64,000 nucleotides of DNA, from the NCBI GenBank assembly GCA_965213815.1, contig OZ243917.1:1694385-1758384 (forward strand). The letters are read 5' to 3'. The translations under genes and the position numbers were made by a program. Positions 50,695 through 63,808 of this stretch are shown here, piece by piece. The notes under the pieces were generated by a model. The model made no database searches, was not told the origin of the DNA, and worked only from the letters and a program-made list of their open reading frames with translations. Within the stretch, counting starts at the first letter, position 1. Each line of letters starts with the position of its first letter. The DNA comes from Alphaproteobacteria bacterium (GTDB taxonomy: Bacteria; Pseudomonadota; Alphaproteobacteria; SP197).

Positions 50695-51591
50695 GTGAAT
50701 ATCAAGGTCATTCTCTCCGTCATCGTCCTTGCCGCCCTCATGGTGGTCGGGTCCATGTCGGTGTTCACCGTTGCCGAATACGAACAGGGAATCGTTGTCC
50801 AGTTCGGTGACCCCAAGCGGGTGGTGAGCGATCCCGGTCTCAACTTCAAGCTGCCGTGGCAGGACGTCGTCTACTACGAGAAGCGCGTTATCCAGGTCGA
50901 CGGAGAGCCCGAGCAGGTGACGGCGTCGGATCAGAAGCGCCTGGTTGTCGATGCCTTTGCCCTCTATCGCATCACGGATCCCCTGAAGTTCAAGAATTCG
51001 GCGATCACCATCGACCGTTTCGAGGGATTCATGCTGAGAACGCTGACAGGCACGCTGCGCCAGCACATCGGCCGCGTGCCGCTGGTCGATGTCGTGTCCG
51101 GTGAGCGCGAGGCGCTGATGGGCAACATCCAGACCTCCCTGGTCAAGGCGACCGAGCAGTATGGCATCGAGGTGACGGACGTGCGTATCAAGCGCACCGA
51201 CCTTCCCCAGGAAAACAGTCAGGCCATCTACCGGCGCATGCAGACCGAACGTGAGCGCGAGGCGAGCGAGATCCGCGCCGAGGGTGAGGAGCAGTCGCTG
51301 CGCATCCGCGCCGAGGCTGACCGGACCCGCACCGTGCTGATTTCCGAAGCACAGCGCGACTCCGAAATCCTGCGCGGTGAAGGAGACGGAGAAGTGGTGC
51401 GTATCTTTGCCGAGGCTTTCGGCCGGGATATCGAGTTCTTCACGTTCTATCGCACCATGCAGGCATACCGCGAGGCGCTCAACTCCACGGATACCACCCT
51501 GGTGCTGACGCCGGACGGCGACTTCCTGCGCTTCCTGACGAGCTTCGAGGGTCTCCAGACCGGCCCTCGTTCTGACACAACCGCCGAGTAG
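50695..51591 (+). CDS. hflC: FtsH modulator HflC
   Basis: QFGDP, DVRIKRTDLP, RMQTEREREA, FYRTMQAY. Confidence 0.95.
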   Translation: MNIKVILSVIVLAALMVVGSMSVFTVAEYEQGIVVQFGDPKRVVSDPGLNFKLPWQDVVYYEKRVIQVDGEPEQVTASDQKRLVVDAFALYRITDPLKFKNSAITIDRFEGFMLRTLTGTLRQHIGRVPLVDVVSGEREALMGNIQTSLVKATEQYGIEVTDVRIKRTDLPQENSQAIYRRMQTEREREASEIRAEGEEQSLRIRAEADRTRTVLISEAQRDSEILRGEGDGEVVRIFAEAFGRDIEFFTFYRTMQAYREALNSTDTTLVLTPDGDFLRFLTSFEGLQTGPRSDTTAE

Positions 51592-51619
51592 GGGTGGAGT
51601 ACCGCCTGACCGGGCGCCG

Positions 51620-51805
51620 ATGACAGACCTGGCTGTGGCGTTTGCCATTGCCATGTTTCTCGAAGGTGTCGCCTGGGCCCTGTTCCCGGGCGCCATGAAG
51701 AGGGCCATGGTGCATGTTCTGGCACAGCCCCTGTCCAGTGTGCGCACGGTCGGTCTGCTGGTAGCCCTGGTCGCCGTGGCAGCCGTATGGTTGCTGCGCG
51801 GCTGA
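51620..51805 (+). CDS. DUF2065 family membrane protein
   Basis: LEGVAWALFP..MK; conserved position after hflC. Confidence 0.88.
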   Translation: MTDLAVAFAIAMFLEGVAWALFPGAMKRAMVHVLAQPLSSVRTVGLLVALVAVAAVWLLRG

Positions 51806-51833
51806 CGAGAGATGTCGATACAGAGGTCGTGAC

Positions 51834-53303
51834 ATGACGATGAACCGGACCGGTGTTTTCCCTGCTCTTGTTCTGGCCTTCCTTCTTGCCGGGTTCTCCG
51901 CCGGGAGCCATGCACACGGGACCGGTGATGGTCATGCTGACCTGGCGGAGCGCTTGCTCCCCTCTGTGGTCTCGATCTTCACCGAGACCGAAGTCGCCGG
52001 AGGCAACCGTTCGCCGACCAATCCCTATTCGGGAACCCCGTTCGAAGAGTTCTTCGAGCGATTCTTCAACCGGAAGAATCCCGACAAGGAGGACAGTGCG
52101 CCGCGCTCGGCCCCCTGGGCGCTGGGATCCGGATTCATCATCCACGAGGACGGCGACATCGTCACCAACGCCCATGTCATCGACAAGGCCTCGAAGATCC
52201 TCGTGCGCCTCGATGACGGGACCGAATACGAAGCCGCGTTGGTGGCGACGGACTCCAAGACGGATATCGCTCTCCTGAAGATCGAGGCGGACGACGCGCT
52301 GCCGGCGGTGGCCTTCGGCGATTCGGAAGTCGTGCGCATCGGTGATGTCGCCCTTGCCATCGGCAACCCCTTCGGCTTCGGCAATTCCGTGACAGCCGGC
52401 ATCATTTCGGCGCGCCAGCGGGACATCAACGCCGGTCCCTACGACCAGTTCCTGCAGACGGACGCGCCCATCAACCGTGGCAATTCCGGAGGGCCGCTCT
52501 TCAACATCGACGGCGAGGTCATCGGCGTGAACACGCTGATCTATTCGCCGTCGGGCGGCTCGGTGGGCATCGGATTTGCCGTCCCTTCCAATGTGGTGGC
52601 GCATGTTGTCCACCAGCTCAAGGAGTACGGCCGGACCCGCCGCGGCTGGCTCGGGGTGCGCATCCAGCCCGTGACCCCGGAAATCGCCGAGGGTCTCGGG
52701 CTTCCCGAAGCGAGTGGCGCGCTCGTGGCGAGTGTCACCCCTGACAGCCCCGCTGAGGCCGCCGGGTTCGAGATCGGCGACACCATCGTCCGCTTCAACG
52801 GCATCCCGATCGACGACATGCGCGAGTTGCCACGCGCCGTGGTGCGCACAGAAGTGGGCCTCGAGGTCGAGGTCGTCGTCATCCGCGACGGCGAGGAACG
52901 GGCCATCGACGTGGTGCTCGGAGAACTCGAAGCCTATGAGGCCAGCCTTGCCGGCACCACGGACCCGTCAGGCGACGGCGTCGAAGGCGCCGAAGATGTC
53001 CAGGAGGAGAGTCTTCTCGGCATGGAGATCCGCCCGCTCAATGCCGAGCGTGCCCGCGAGTTCGGACTGGACGAGGATGCCGCAGGTCTCGTCGTCATCA
53101 GGGTCGAACCGGATGGCCCGGCGGACCGGGGTGGTGTCAAGGCCGGGGACATCCTGCTTCATGTCGGGCGCGAGGCGGTGGAGTCCGTCCAGCAGGTGAG
53201 GGATCTCCTCGAGGCGGCGCGGGGCAGGAATGCCCAGTCCGTGGTCGTTCTCATCGAACGCGAGGGTGATCCGAGGTACCTGGCCCTGGAAATCGGTGAT
53301 TGA
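51834..53303 (+). CDS. degP: Do/DegP-family serine protease with two PDZ domains
   Basis: TNAHV, DIALLK, GNSGGPL triad motifs; signal peptide. Confidence 0.92.
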   Translation: MTMNRTGVFPALVLAFLLAGFSAGSHAHGTGDGHADLAERLLPSVVSIFTETEVAGGNRSPTNPYSGTPFEEFFERFFNRKNPDKEDSAPRSAPWALGSGFIIHEDGDIVTNAHVIDKASKILVRLDDGTEYEAALVATDSKTDIALLKIEADDALPAVAFGDSEVVRIGDVALAIGNPFGFGNSVTAGIISARQRDINAGPYDQFLQTDAPINRGNSGGPLFNIDGEVIGVNTLIYSPSGGSVGIGFAVPSNVVAHVVHQLKEYGRTRRGWLGVRIQPVTPEIAEGLGLPEASGALVASVTPDSPAEAAGFEIGDTIVRFNGIPIDDMRELPRAVVRTEVGLEVEVVVIRDGEERAIDVVLGELEAYEASLAGTTDPSGDGVEGAEDVQEESLLGMEIRPLNAERAREFGLDEDAAGLVVIRVEPDGPADRGGVKAGDILLHVGREAVESVQQVRDLLEAARGRNAQSVVVLIEREGDPRYLALEIGD

Positions 53304-53336
53304 TGCCCCCTTGCCACTGACGGCGCGGAAGAAGGA

Positions 53337-54290
53337 GTGGGAGCCGGACCGGTCATCCTCATTGGCGGGCCGACGGCGTCGGGAAAGTCTGCCCTCGCCA
53401 TGCGCCTCGCCGGGGAGGTGCGCGGCGCCGTCATCAATGCCGACAGCATGCAGGTCTATGCCGACCTCGCGATCCTGACCGCCCGGCCGACGGCCTCGGA
53501 CGAGGCGCGCTGCCAACACCACCTTTTCGGTTTTCTCGATGCCGCCATACCCTGTTCGGCCGGGCTGTGGCACCGTCGGGCGCGTTCGGTCTGCCTTGAG
53601 ATGGCCTCGTCCGGCCGGGTGCCGATCGTTGTCGGCGGGACCGGTCTCTATCTCAGGACATTCCGCGAGGGACTGGCGCCAATCCCGGACATTCCCGGGG
53701 ACGTTCGCGAAAGTGTCCGCCAGCGCCTGTCGGTGAAGGGACCAGAGGCACTTCACGGCGACCTTCACCGGATCGATCCGTCCCTGGCGGAGGTGCTCTC
53801 GCCCACGGACAGCCAGCGCATCGCGCGTGCCCACGAGGTCCACGAGGCCACGGGCACAAGGCTTTCGGAGTGGATGACACGATCCCGCGAGGGAGGATGG
53901 AAGGGGCCGTTGTGGCAGGTCAGCCTGCTTCCGGACAGGGGGCTTCTCTTCGAACGCACGGCATCCCGCTTTGACCGGATGATGGCGGCAGGCGCCCTCG
54001 ATGAAGCCACGGCCTTTGCGGCACGCGGACTCGATCCTTCCCTGCCAGCCACGCGCTGCCTCGGCCTTGCCAGTCTCACCGCCCATCTCGCCGGACGCCT
54101 CACCCTCGATGAGGCGTGTGACGAGGCGAAGCGGGCAACGAGGCGCTATGCCCGCAGGCAGTTCACATGGTTCCGCCATCAATCCCCAAACGCATCGCTT
54201 CTGCATGCCTTCGGCGATGACGAAAGCGCCCGCGACATCATCGCCAGGGCGCGGCATTTCCTGTCGGCCACTTGCGACCACCCGCCGTGA
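53337..54290 (+). CDS. miaA: tRNA dimethylallyltransferase
   Basis: GPTASGKS, DSMQVY, VGGTGLY, YARRQFTW. Confidence 0.95.
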   Translation: MGAGPVILIGGPTASGKSALAMRLAGEVRGAVINADSMQVYADLAILTARPTASDEARCQHHLFGFLDAAIPCSAGLWHRRARSVCLEMASSGRVPIVVGGTGLYLRTFREGLAPIPDIPGDVRESVRQRLSVKGPEALHGDLHRIDPSLAEVLSPTDSQRIARAHEVHEATGTRLSEWMTRSREGGWKGPLWQVSLLPDRGLLFERTASRFDRMMAAGALDEATAFAARGLDPSLPATRCLGLASLTAHLAGRLTLDEACDEAKRATRRYARRQFTWFRHQSPNASLLHAFGDDESARDIIARARHFLSATCDHPP

Positions 54291-54827
54291 CCCGAAGCTG
54301 CCGGATGGGAGCACCTCCTCGGGTCAGCACATGCCGGCACTGCCGCTTGCCATACCCATCCGTGAACGACACAGTTCAAGCAAGGGGGCTCGCTTTGCAG
54401 TCCTGAGGCCTTCTGAATACGACATGCAGTTGTCTCTGATACATCTTCTGGTTCCGGGCGCTTCATGCTCCGGTGAGAGTATCTCTTGTGGCGTGCCGGA
54501 GGATCATCGATAACGCCTTGCGCCACAGTGGTGCGCATGGTTCCTGGCGACGCGACAACCGCCGGCGACCGGCAGAGAGAATCCGGGAAAGCGCCTGTGA
54601 AGCAGCGCAACCGACCCACCGGATGGCCTGGCAGGGCAGGCTGATCAGCAGGCGTGACGTGGCGATGGGCCGGTGGCACGGGTTCCGGTCGACCTTGGGG
54701 GGCGGTTTTCCGTTGACCACGGGCGGTCATCCGCATAGGTTCCGGCACTTGCGGCGCGGCGCCAGACGCGCGCGTGAACTTCATGTCAAGAGACTTGGAC
54801 AGCGCCGTGGAGCGGAGAGGGACAGTC

Positions 54828-56600
54828 GTGAGCGACAAGCAGATGACCGGTTCGGAGATTCTCGTCAAGGTTCTCCAGGATCTCGGTGTGGATGTCGTCT
54901 TCGGTTATCCAGGCGGCGCCGTGCTGCCGATCTACGATGCGCTGTGCCAGCAGAACAGCCTCCGGCACATCCTGGTGCGCCAGGAGGGCGCGGCGGTGCA
55001 TGCCGCCGAAGGATATGCCCGCTCGACAGGCAAGGTCGGCGTCGTTCTCGTGACCTCCGGTCCGGGCGCCACGAACTGCGTGACCGGTCTCGCCGATGCC
55101 TGGATGGACTCGGTGCCCGTGGTCTGTCTCACGGGTCAGGTGCCCACCCACCTGATCGGCAACGATGCCTTCCAGGAGGCCGATACCGTCGGCATCACGC
55201 GGCCCTGCACCAAGCACAACTACCTCGTGAAGGACGTCGGCAACCTCGCGCGTGTCATCAGGGAGGCATTCATGGTGGCCTCCAGCGGACGTCCCGGTCC
55301 GGTGGTGGTCGACCTGCCCAAGGACGTGGTGACGGCCTCCACCGCCTATACCCGGCCCGTGGCGACGTTGCAGCATCCGAGCTACCGCCCCCGCCTCAAG
55401 GGTGACCACGAGAGGATTTCCGAAGCCGTCGATCTGCTGGCGGGCGCCAGGCGGCCCCTGATCTATGCCGGAGGCGGCGTCGTGAACTCGGGACCCGCGG
55501 CCTCGCAGCTGCTGACCAATCTCGTCAACATGACGGGCATTCCCACCACGCTCACCCTCATGGGTCTCGGCGCCCTGCCGGCTTCCAACAGGAACTTCAT
55601 CGGCATGGTCGGCATGCACGGCTCCCTGGAGGCCAACATGTGCATGCACGACTGCGATGTCATGATGTGCATCGGCGCCAGGTTCGATGATCGCGTGACC
55701 GGACGGACCGACGCTTTCTCGCCCGAATCACGCAAGATCCACATCGACATTGACGCCTCGTCGATCAACAAGAACATCCATGTCGACGTGCCCATCATCG
55801 GTGACTGCGGCTACGTGCTCGAGCACTTCATCAAGCTCTGGAAGTCGCGCCAGGCGCGTTGCGACGGCGACTCCCTGGAGCGCTGGTGGACCGGGATCGA
55901 CGCCTGGCGCCAACGCAGGTCGTTCAGCTACAAGCCTTCCGAAACCGTGATCAAGCCGCAGCAGGCCCTCGAGGTTCTCAACCGACGCATCGCGGGCAGG
56001 GATGACGTCTACATCACCACGGAGGTCGGCCAGCACCAGATGTGGGCGGCCCAGTTCCTTCACTTCGAGAAACCGAACCACTGGATGACCTCCGGCGGGC
56101 TCGGCACCATGGGCTACGGACTGCCGGCGGCGCTCGGTGTCCAGATCGCTCACCCGGACGCCCTTGTCATCGATGTGGCAGGGGAGGCGTCGATCCTCAT
56201 GAACATGCAGGAGATGTCGACGCTGGCGCAGTACCGCCTGCCGGTCAAGGCGTTCATTCTCAACAACAGGTGGATGGGCATGGTGCGCCAGTGGCAGGAG
56301 TTCTTCTTCGGCGGACGCTACTCCGAGAGCTACATGGACTCACTGCCCGACTTCGTGAAGCTCGCCGAGGCCTACGGCGCTGTCGGGTTGCGGGCCACCA
56401 CGCCCGACGAACTCGAGGATGTCGTCGAAGAGATGATCACCACGCCGCGCACGGTCATTGCCGATATCCTCGTCGACCCGGACGAGAACGTCTATCCGAT
56501 GATCCCGGCCGGCGCCGCTCACAATCAGGTGACCATGAGTCCCGACGAGGAAGTGGTGCTCGACCAGGCCCACAGGGAAAAGGGCATGGTCCTGGTCTAG
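54828..56600 (+). CDS. ilvI: Acetolactate synthase large subunit
   Basis: FGYPGGA, TSGPGATN, GQHQMW, SGGLGTMG. Confidence 0.95.
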   Translation: MSDKQMTGSEILVKVLQDLGVDVVFGYPGGAVLPIYDALCQQNSLRHILVRQEGAAVHAAEGYARSTGKVGVVLVTSGPGATNCVTGLADAWMDSVPVVCLTGQVPTHLIGNDAFQEADTVGITRPCTKHNYLVKDVGNLARVIREAFMVASSGRPGPVVVDLPKDVVTASTAYTRPVATLQHPSYRPRLKGDHERISEAVDLLAGARRPLIYAGGGVVNSGPAASQLLTNLVNMTGIPTTLTLMGLGALPASNRNFIGMVGMHGSLEANMCMHDCDVMMCIGARFDDRVTGRTDAFSPESRKIHIDIDASSINKNIHVDVPIIGDCGYVLEHFIKLWKSRQARCDGDSLERWWTGIDAWRQRRSFSYKPSETVIKPQQALEVLNRRIAGRDDVYITTEVGQHQMWAAQFLHFEKPNHWMTSGGLGTMGYGLPAALGVQIAHPDALVIDVAGEASILMNMQEMSTLAQYRLPVKAFILNNRWMGMVRQWQEFFFGGRYSESYMDSLPDFVKLAEAYGAVGLRATTPDELEDVVEEMITTPRTVIADILVDPDENVYPMIPAGAAHNQVTMSPDEEVVLDQAHREKGMVLV

Positions 56601-56612
56601 GATCAAGACGAC

Positions 56613-57137
56613 ATGCCTGTTCCCGACAACAAGACCGTTTCCGCAAGGAAAGCGACGATTGCCGTCCTGGTCGACAATGAACCGGGCGTGCTGGCGCGCG
56701 TCGTCGGGCTGTTTTCCGGGCGCGGCTACAACATCGACTCGCTGACCGTCAACGAGATCGACGCGTCGGCCGGGCTGTCGCGCATCACCATCGTGACCAG
56801 CGGAACCGAAATGGTGATCGTCCAGATCATGGCGCAGCTGCAGCGGATCGTGCCGGTGCACAGGGTCTCGGACCTCGTGTCTGCGGGCCTGCACGTCGAG
56901 CGTGAACTGGCTCTCGTGAAGGTGGCGAGCAGCGGTGACAAGCGGGTCGAAGCCCTGCGGATCGCCGACATCTTCCGCGCCCGGGTTGTTGACAGCACCA
57001 TCGGTTCCTTCGTGTTCGAGATCACCGGATCGCTCGACAAGATTTCGGCCTTTGTCGATCTCATGCGTCCGCTCGGACTGGTCGACGTCTCGCGCACCGG
57101 TGTGGCCGCCATTTCCCGCGGCCCCGATCCGATCTGA
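56613..57137 (+). CDS. ilvH: Acetolactate synthase small subunit
   Basis: VDNEPGVLARV..RGYNIDSL ACT domain. Confidence 0.95.
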   Translation: MPVPDNKTVSARKATIAVLVDNEPGVLARVVGLFSGRGYNIDSLTVNEIDASAGLSRITIVTSGTEMVIVQIMAQLQRIVPVHRVSDLVSAGLHVERELALVKVASSGDKRVEALRIADIFRARVVDSTIGSFVFEITGSLDKISAFVDLMRPLGLVDVSRTGVAAISRGPDPI

Positions 57138-58184
<1,047 letters not shown>

Positions 58185-58233
58185 CGCGCCTTCACGGGAT
58201 TGCGTTCGATTGTACACCGCAGTCATGGTATGA

Positions 58234-59355
<1,122 letters not shown>

Positions 59356-59390
59356 CGGACGTCCCGCATTGACAGGGTGGTGATTGACGC

Positions 59391-60251
59391 ATGCTGAAGC
59401 TCGTCCTGCTGACCCGCCAGACCACCCAACGCTTCGCACTGCCCTTCTTCGTTGTCGCTGCCCTTGCCTTCATCATCATGAGCCGCACGGACAACCCCTG
59501 GGTGGGCGATGCCCGCACACACACCCTTGATGTGCTGGCCCCTGTCATTGATGTCGCGTCGCGCCCGGTGTCGGCGGTCAACCGCGCGGTGGACATCGTC
59601 AACAACTGGCTTGCCGTTGCCGCCATGAACGAGAAACTGCGCCGCGAGAATGCTCGCCTGATGCACTGGCAGGCGGCGGCACGGCAGTTGCTGGCCGAGA
59701 ACCGCGAGTTCCGCGAACTCCTCTCAAGCGTCGCCGAACCCCGCGCGGCCTTTGTCACGGCCCGCATCATCGGGCATTCCAGCGGCACGTTTGTCAGGAC
59801 GGCGGTCCTCAATGCCGGAGCCCGCGACGGCGTCAGGGTGGGACAGGCGGTGGTCGGAACCCATGGACTCGTAGGCAGGATCACGGAGACGGCGCGGCAC
59901 AGCAGCAGGGTTCTTCTGCTGACCGATCTCAACAGCCGCATCCCCGTTGTCTTCGAATCGAATCGCAAGCCGGCCATCGTCAGCGGGGACAATTCCCGCG
60001 TCCTGTCACTGTTGTTCACGGAGATGGCCGGCACCATCGAAGTCGGTGAACGGATCGTGACCTCGGGCGACGGGGGCATGCTTCCTCCCGGCATTCCGGT
60101 GGGATTGATCACCGGATCACAAGGCGGTCTGCCGCGGGTCACACCCTTCGTTGACCCCGCCCGCATCGAGCACGTGCGCGTCCTCGACTACACGCTGCCC
60201 GGACTCATGCAGACGACTCGCGAGGCCGGTATGCTGGAACCGCTATGGTGA
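59391..60251 (+). CDS. mreC: MreC
   Basis: TM, coiled coil, VTSGDGG; operon context. Confidence 0.92.
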   Translation: MLKLVLLTRQTTQRFALPFFVVAALAFIIMSRTDNPWVGDARTHTLDVLAPVIDVASRPVSAVNRAVDIVNNWLAVAAMNEKLRRENARLMHWQAAARQLLAENREFRELLSSVAEPRAAFVTARIIGHSSGTFVRTAVLNAGARDGVRVGQAVVGTHGLVGRITETARHSSRVLLLTDLNSRIPVVFESNRKPAIVSGDNSRVLSLLFTEMAGTIEVGERIVTSGDGGMLPPGIPVGLITGSQGGLPRVTPFVDPARIEHVRVLDYTLPGLMQTTREAGMLEPLW

Positions 60252-60784
60252 TCGAGGACTGGGGCGCAAGCCTCAAGCGCCGGGCGGTCTCGTTTCTGCC
60301 TCTGGTGTCGGGTATCGCGTTCGTGCTCGTGACCTCGACACCACTCTATTTTGGCCATGTCGGTGATGTTGCGCCACGCCTCGGCGTGACGGCCGTCATC
60401 TTCTGGACAGTCTATCGCCCCGATCTCTTCGGCTACGGCTCCGTCTTCCTTCTCGGCATCGTTGCGGATCTCATGACCGGGCTGCCGCTCGGCATCACGG
60501 CCCTGGTCCTGGTCATGGTCCGCTATGGCGTCGTCACGCGGCGGCGTTACTTCCTGCGCAAGTCCTTCCACATTGTCTGGGCCGAATATGCGCTCGTGGT
60601 CATTGCCGCGGTGGTCATGGACTGGCTGCTGGCGGCCCTCTACCTGTGGTCCTATCCCGGGCTGCTTGTCCACGTCTTCCAGGTCCTGTTGACCGTGGCC
60701 CTGTTCCCAGGAGTCTACTGGCTTCTGGCGCGGTGCCAGGGTCTCGTGTCCCTTGCCGGGCGGGAGGCCGCCGGGTCGCCCTGA
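60245..60784 (+). CDS. mreD: MreD
   Basis: Multi-TM, RPDL..GIVADLMTGLPLG. Confidence 0.88.
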   Translation: MVIEDWGASLKRRAVSFLPLVSGIAFVLVTSTPLYFGHVGDVAPRLGVTAVIFWTVYRPDLFGYGSVFLLGIVADLMTGLPLGITALVLVMVRYGVVTRRRYFLRKSFHIVWAEYALVVIAAVVMDWLLAALYLWSYPGLLVHVFQVLLTVALFPGVYWLLARCQGLVSLAGREAAGSP

Positions 60785-60785
60785 C

Positions 60786-62642
60786 ATGCGCGAGGACTTC
60801 GAGCAGCGGACCCTGGTGAACCGGCGCTCGTTCGTCCTCTTCGGCGTGAAGGGACTGCTGGTGGCAGCGGTGGCGGGGCGCCTCTATGAGTTCCAGGTTG
60901 TCGATGCGGCGCGCTACCAGCGCCTGTCCAACGACAACCGCATCAGCATCCGCCTGCTGCCGCCGCGCCGCGGACTGATTGTCGACCGGTTCGGCAAGGG
61001 CCTGGCGGTCAACCGTCCCACCTACCAGATGATCATGACTCCCGAGCAGACCGGCGATGTCGAGGTCACTCTCGAGCGCATTGCCGCTCTCATCGATCTT
61101 GATGGCGGCACCATGGCCAAGGTGCTGCGCAAGACCGGAGTCCAGGAGGGATTCATCCCGGTCACCGTGCGCCAGAACCTGTCCTGGCAGGAGGTGGCAC
61201 GAATCGAGGTAAACCTGCCGGTGTTGCCTGGAATCGTCATCGAGACAGTTCCGCACCGCCACTATCCCCATGCCGGTCTCGTGGCCCACGTCTCAGGATA
61301 TGTCGGTGAGGTGTCACAAACCGAACTCGAGGGCGACAAGGTGCTGAGATTCCCCGGTTTCCGCACGGGCAAGACCGGCATCGAGAAGGTCTACGAGCAG
61401 CAGTTGCGGGGAACGCCGGGCACGCGGCAGGTCGAGGTCAATGCGGTGGGACGCGTCATTCGCGAGATCGACCGCCGCGAGGGCGATCCGGGTTCGGACA
61501 TACGCCTGACCATCGACATGGCGCTCCAGGAATTCGCCGTGCGCAGGATGGAGAACCAGACGGGTTCCGTGGTCGTTCTCGATGCCCTCAACGGCGATGT
61601 GCTCACCTTGGCGTCGGTACCGAGTTTCGACCCCAATGTGTTCAACTTTGGCCTGACCGGGGACGCCTGGCAGGCCATGCTGAACGATCCCCGCTCGCCC
61701 TTGCTCAACAAGCCGGTCGCCGGCCAGTACCCCCCGGCTTCGACATTCAAGATGATGGTTGCGCTGGCGGCGCTGGAAGCCGGAGCGGTGACCCCGGCGA
61801 CCAGGGTCTACTGTCCCGGAAGCTTCACCCTGGGCGACCGGACTTTCCGCTGCTGGCGGCACTGGGGACATGGTGAGGTGGATCTCGTCCATGCTCTCAA
61901 GGAGTCGTGCGACGTCTACTTCTACCAGGTGGCCCATCTCACCGGGGTCGACCGGATCGCGGCCATGGCCCGGCGGTTCGGCCTCGGCGAAGGGACCGGG
62001 ATCGAACTCACCGGGGAACGGGCAGGCCTGATTCCCACCAAGGCCTGGAAACGGGCGGTCAAGGGCGAGCCGTGGTACGGAGGCGATACGATCAATGTCG
62101 GCATCGGTCAGGGTGATGTGCTTGCCACACCCCTGCAGCTTGCCGTCATGACGGCCCGGATTGCCAACGGACACTTCAGGGTGACACCGCGTCTGGTGCG
62201 CCAGCCCACCGGGGACGAGGTGCCCGGATTTGCCGCCCTCGATGTCGATCCCGACCACATGCGGGCCGTGCGTCAGGGCATGGTTGAGGTGGTCAACAGC
62301 GACGGGGGCACGGCCTACAAGGCACGGATCCAGGACGCGGGCCTGGAAATGGCGGGCAAGACCGGGACCTCGCAGGTGCGTCGTCTCAGGAAGGAAGAGC
62401 GGGAAGGGCGGTTGAGTCAAGAGGACATCCCCTGGGCCGAACGGGACCATGGGCTGTTTGTCGGCTATGCGCCCCTTGGCGCGCCGCGCTACGTTGGCGC
62501 CGCGATCGTCGATCATGGAGGATCCGGGTCCGGCTCTGCGGCGCCGGTGGTGCGTGACGTGTTGCGTGAAGCGCAGAGGCGGCAGTCGGCCCGCTGGAAC
62601 ACCGGTGACGAGCCGCCGGACGAGGGGCAGGGGACTGTGTGA
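60786..62642 (+). CDS. mrdA: Penicillin-binding protein 2
   Basis: PPRRGLI, STFK, SCD, KTG motifs. Confidence 0.95.
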   Translation: MREDFEQRTLVNRRSFVLFGVKGLLVAAVAGRLYEFQVVDAARYQRLSNDNRISIRLLPPRRGLIVDRFGKGLAVNRPTYQMIMTPEQTGDVEVTLERIAALIDLDGGTMAKVLRKTGVQEGFIPVTVRQNLSWQEVARIEVNLPVLPGIVIETVPHRHYPHAGLVAHVSGYVGEVSQTELEGDKVLRFPGFRTGKTGIEKVYEQQLRGTPGTRQVEVNAVGRVIREIDRREGDPGSDIRLTIDMALQEFAVRRMENQTGSVVVLDALNGDVLTLASVPSFDPNVFNFGLTGDAWQAMLNDPRSPLLNKPVAGQYPPASTFKMMVALAALEAGAVTPATRVYCPGSFTLGDRTFRCWRHWGHGEVDLVHALKESCDVYFYQVAHLTGVDRIAAMARRFGLGEGTGIELTGERAGLIPTKAWKRAVKGEPWYGGDTINVGIGQGDVLATPLQLAVMTARIANGHFRVTPRLVRQPTGDEVPGFAALDVDPDHMRAVRQGMVEVVNSDGGTAYKARIQDAGLEMAGKTGTSQVRRLRKEEREGRLSQEDIPWAERDHGLFVGYAPLGAPRYVGAAIVDHGGSGSGSAAPVVRDVLREAQRRQSARWNTGDEPPDEGQGTV

Positions 62643-63808
62643 TGGTCGCGCTGTCGTCGAGCCCTCTTGCCAGCGGCACCCGTGTCATTGGCGACAAGCT
62701 CGTCAACATGGCCTGGGGTCTACTCTTTCTCCTGGCCCTGGTCGCCGGCGTCGGGTTCCTGATGCTCTATTCGGCAGCAGGGGGGGAGTGGAGGCCCTGG
62801 GCACTGCCCCAGATCCTGCGCTTCGGCGCCGGCGTGCTCTTCTTTCTCGCCATCGCCGTGATCAACATCCGCCACGTGCATCGCTGGGCCTACGTGATCT
62901 ACGCCGGGGCGCTGGCCCTGCTCCTCGCCATGGAGATACCGGGTGTCAGCGGCGTCGGCGTGCAACGTTGGATCCAGGTTACGCTGGGTGGCATGAAGTT
63001 CCAGTTCCAGCCATCGGAACTCATGAAGTTTGCCGTGGTCCTGGCTCTGGCCCGCTACTATCACAGTCTGGCGCTCAATGTTGCCCGGCGCTGGACCAGC
63101 CTGCCGGTTCCGATATTCCTCATCCTTCTGCCCTCGGTCCTGGTGGTTCGCCAGCCGGATCTCGGGACCGGTCTCCTGATGGTCGCTGGCGGCATGGCAC
63201 TGATGTTTCTTGCCGGAGTCCGCAAGCGCTGGTTCATCGCCGGATTCCTGGCCGTCGTGGGCATGGCGCCGGTGGTCTGGTACGCGCTCCTTCCCTATCA
63301 GAGGGACCGTGTGCTGACGTTCCTCAACCCGAGTCTCGATCCCCTGGGTGCCGGCTACCATATCCAGCAGTCGAAGATCGCCCTTGGATCGGGGGCTGTG
63401 TGGGGCAAGGGACTGTTCAACGGTACCCAGAGCCAGCTCAACTTCCTTCCCGAGAAGCACACCGACTTCATCTTCACCATGCTCGCGGAGGAGCTGGGGC
63501 TGATCGGTGCGCTGGGTCTCATTCTTCTCTACTGTTTCATCGTGCTCTACGGTGTCGGGGTCGCGTCGCGAAGCAACAGCCAGTTCGGCAGGCTGCTGGC
63601 CCTGGGAATCGTCTCGACCTTCTTCCTCTACGTCTTCTCCAACATCGCCATGGTGACCGGACTGATTCCCGTTGTCGGCCTGCCCCTGCCCCTGGTGTCG
63701 TTCGGCGGTACGGCGATGGTGACCCTGATGATGGCCTTCGGGCTTCTCGCCAACGTCCACGTGCACCGTGACACCGAAGTCCCGCGCCACACCACGGGTC
63801 TCATGTAA
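62639..63808 (+). CDS. rodA: Rod shape-determining protein RodA
   Basis: QPSE, QPDLGT, PEKHTDFIF, SFGGT SEDS motifs. Confidence 0.96.
   Translation: MMVALSSSPLASGTRVIGDKLVNMAWGLLFLLALVAGVGFLMLYSAAGGEWRPWALPQILRFGAGVLFFLAIAVINIRHVHRWAYVIYAGALALLLAMEIPGVSGVGVQRWIQVTLGGMKFQFQPSELMKFAVVLALARYYHSLALNVARRWTSLPVPIFLILLPSVLVVRQPDLGTGLLMVAGGMALMFLAGVRKRWFIAGFLAVVGMAPVVWYALLPYQRDRVLTFLNPSLDPLGAGYHIQQSKIALGSGAVWGKGLFNGTQSQLNFLPEKHTDFIFTMLAEELGLIGALGLILLYCFIVLYGVGVASRSNSQFGRLLALGIVSTFFLYVFSNIAMVTGLIPVVGLPLPLVSFGGTAMVTLMMAFGLLANVHVHRDTEVPRHTTGLM

Noticed and set aside
54300-54820. ilv attenuator or leader peptide
   Set aside because: No short Ile/Leu/Val-rich ORF with a terminator could be identified
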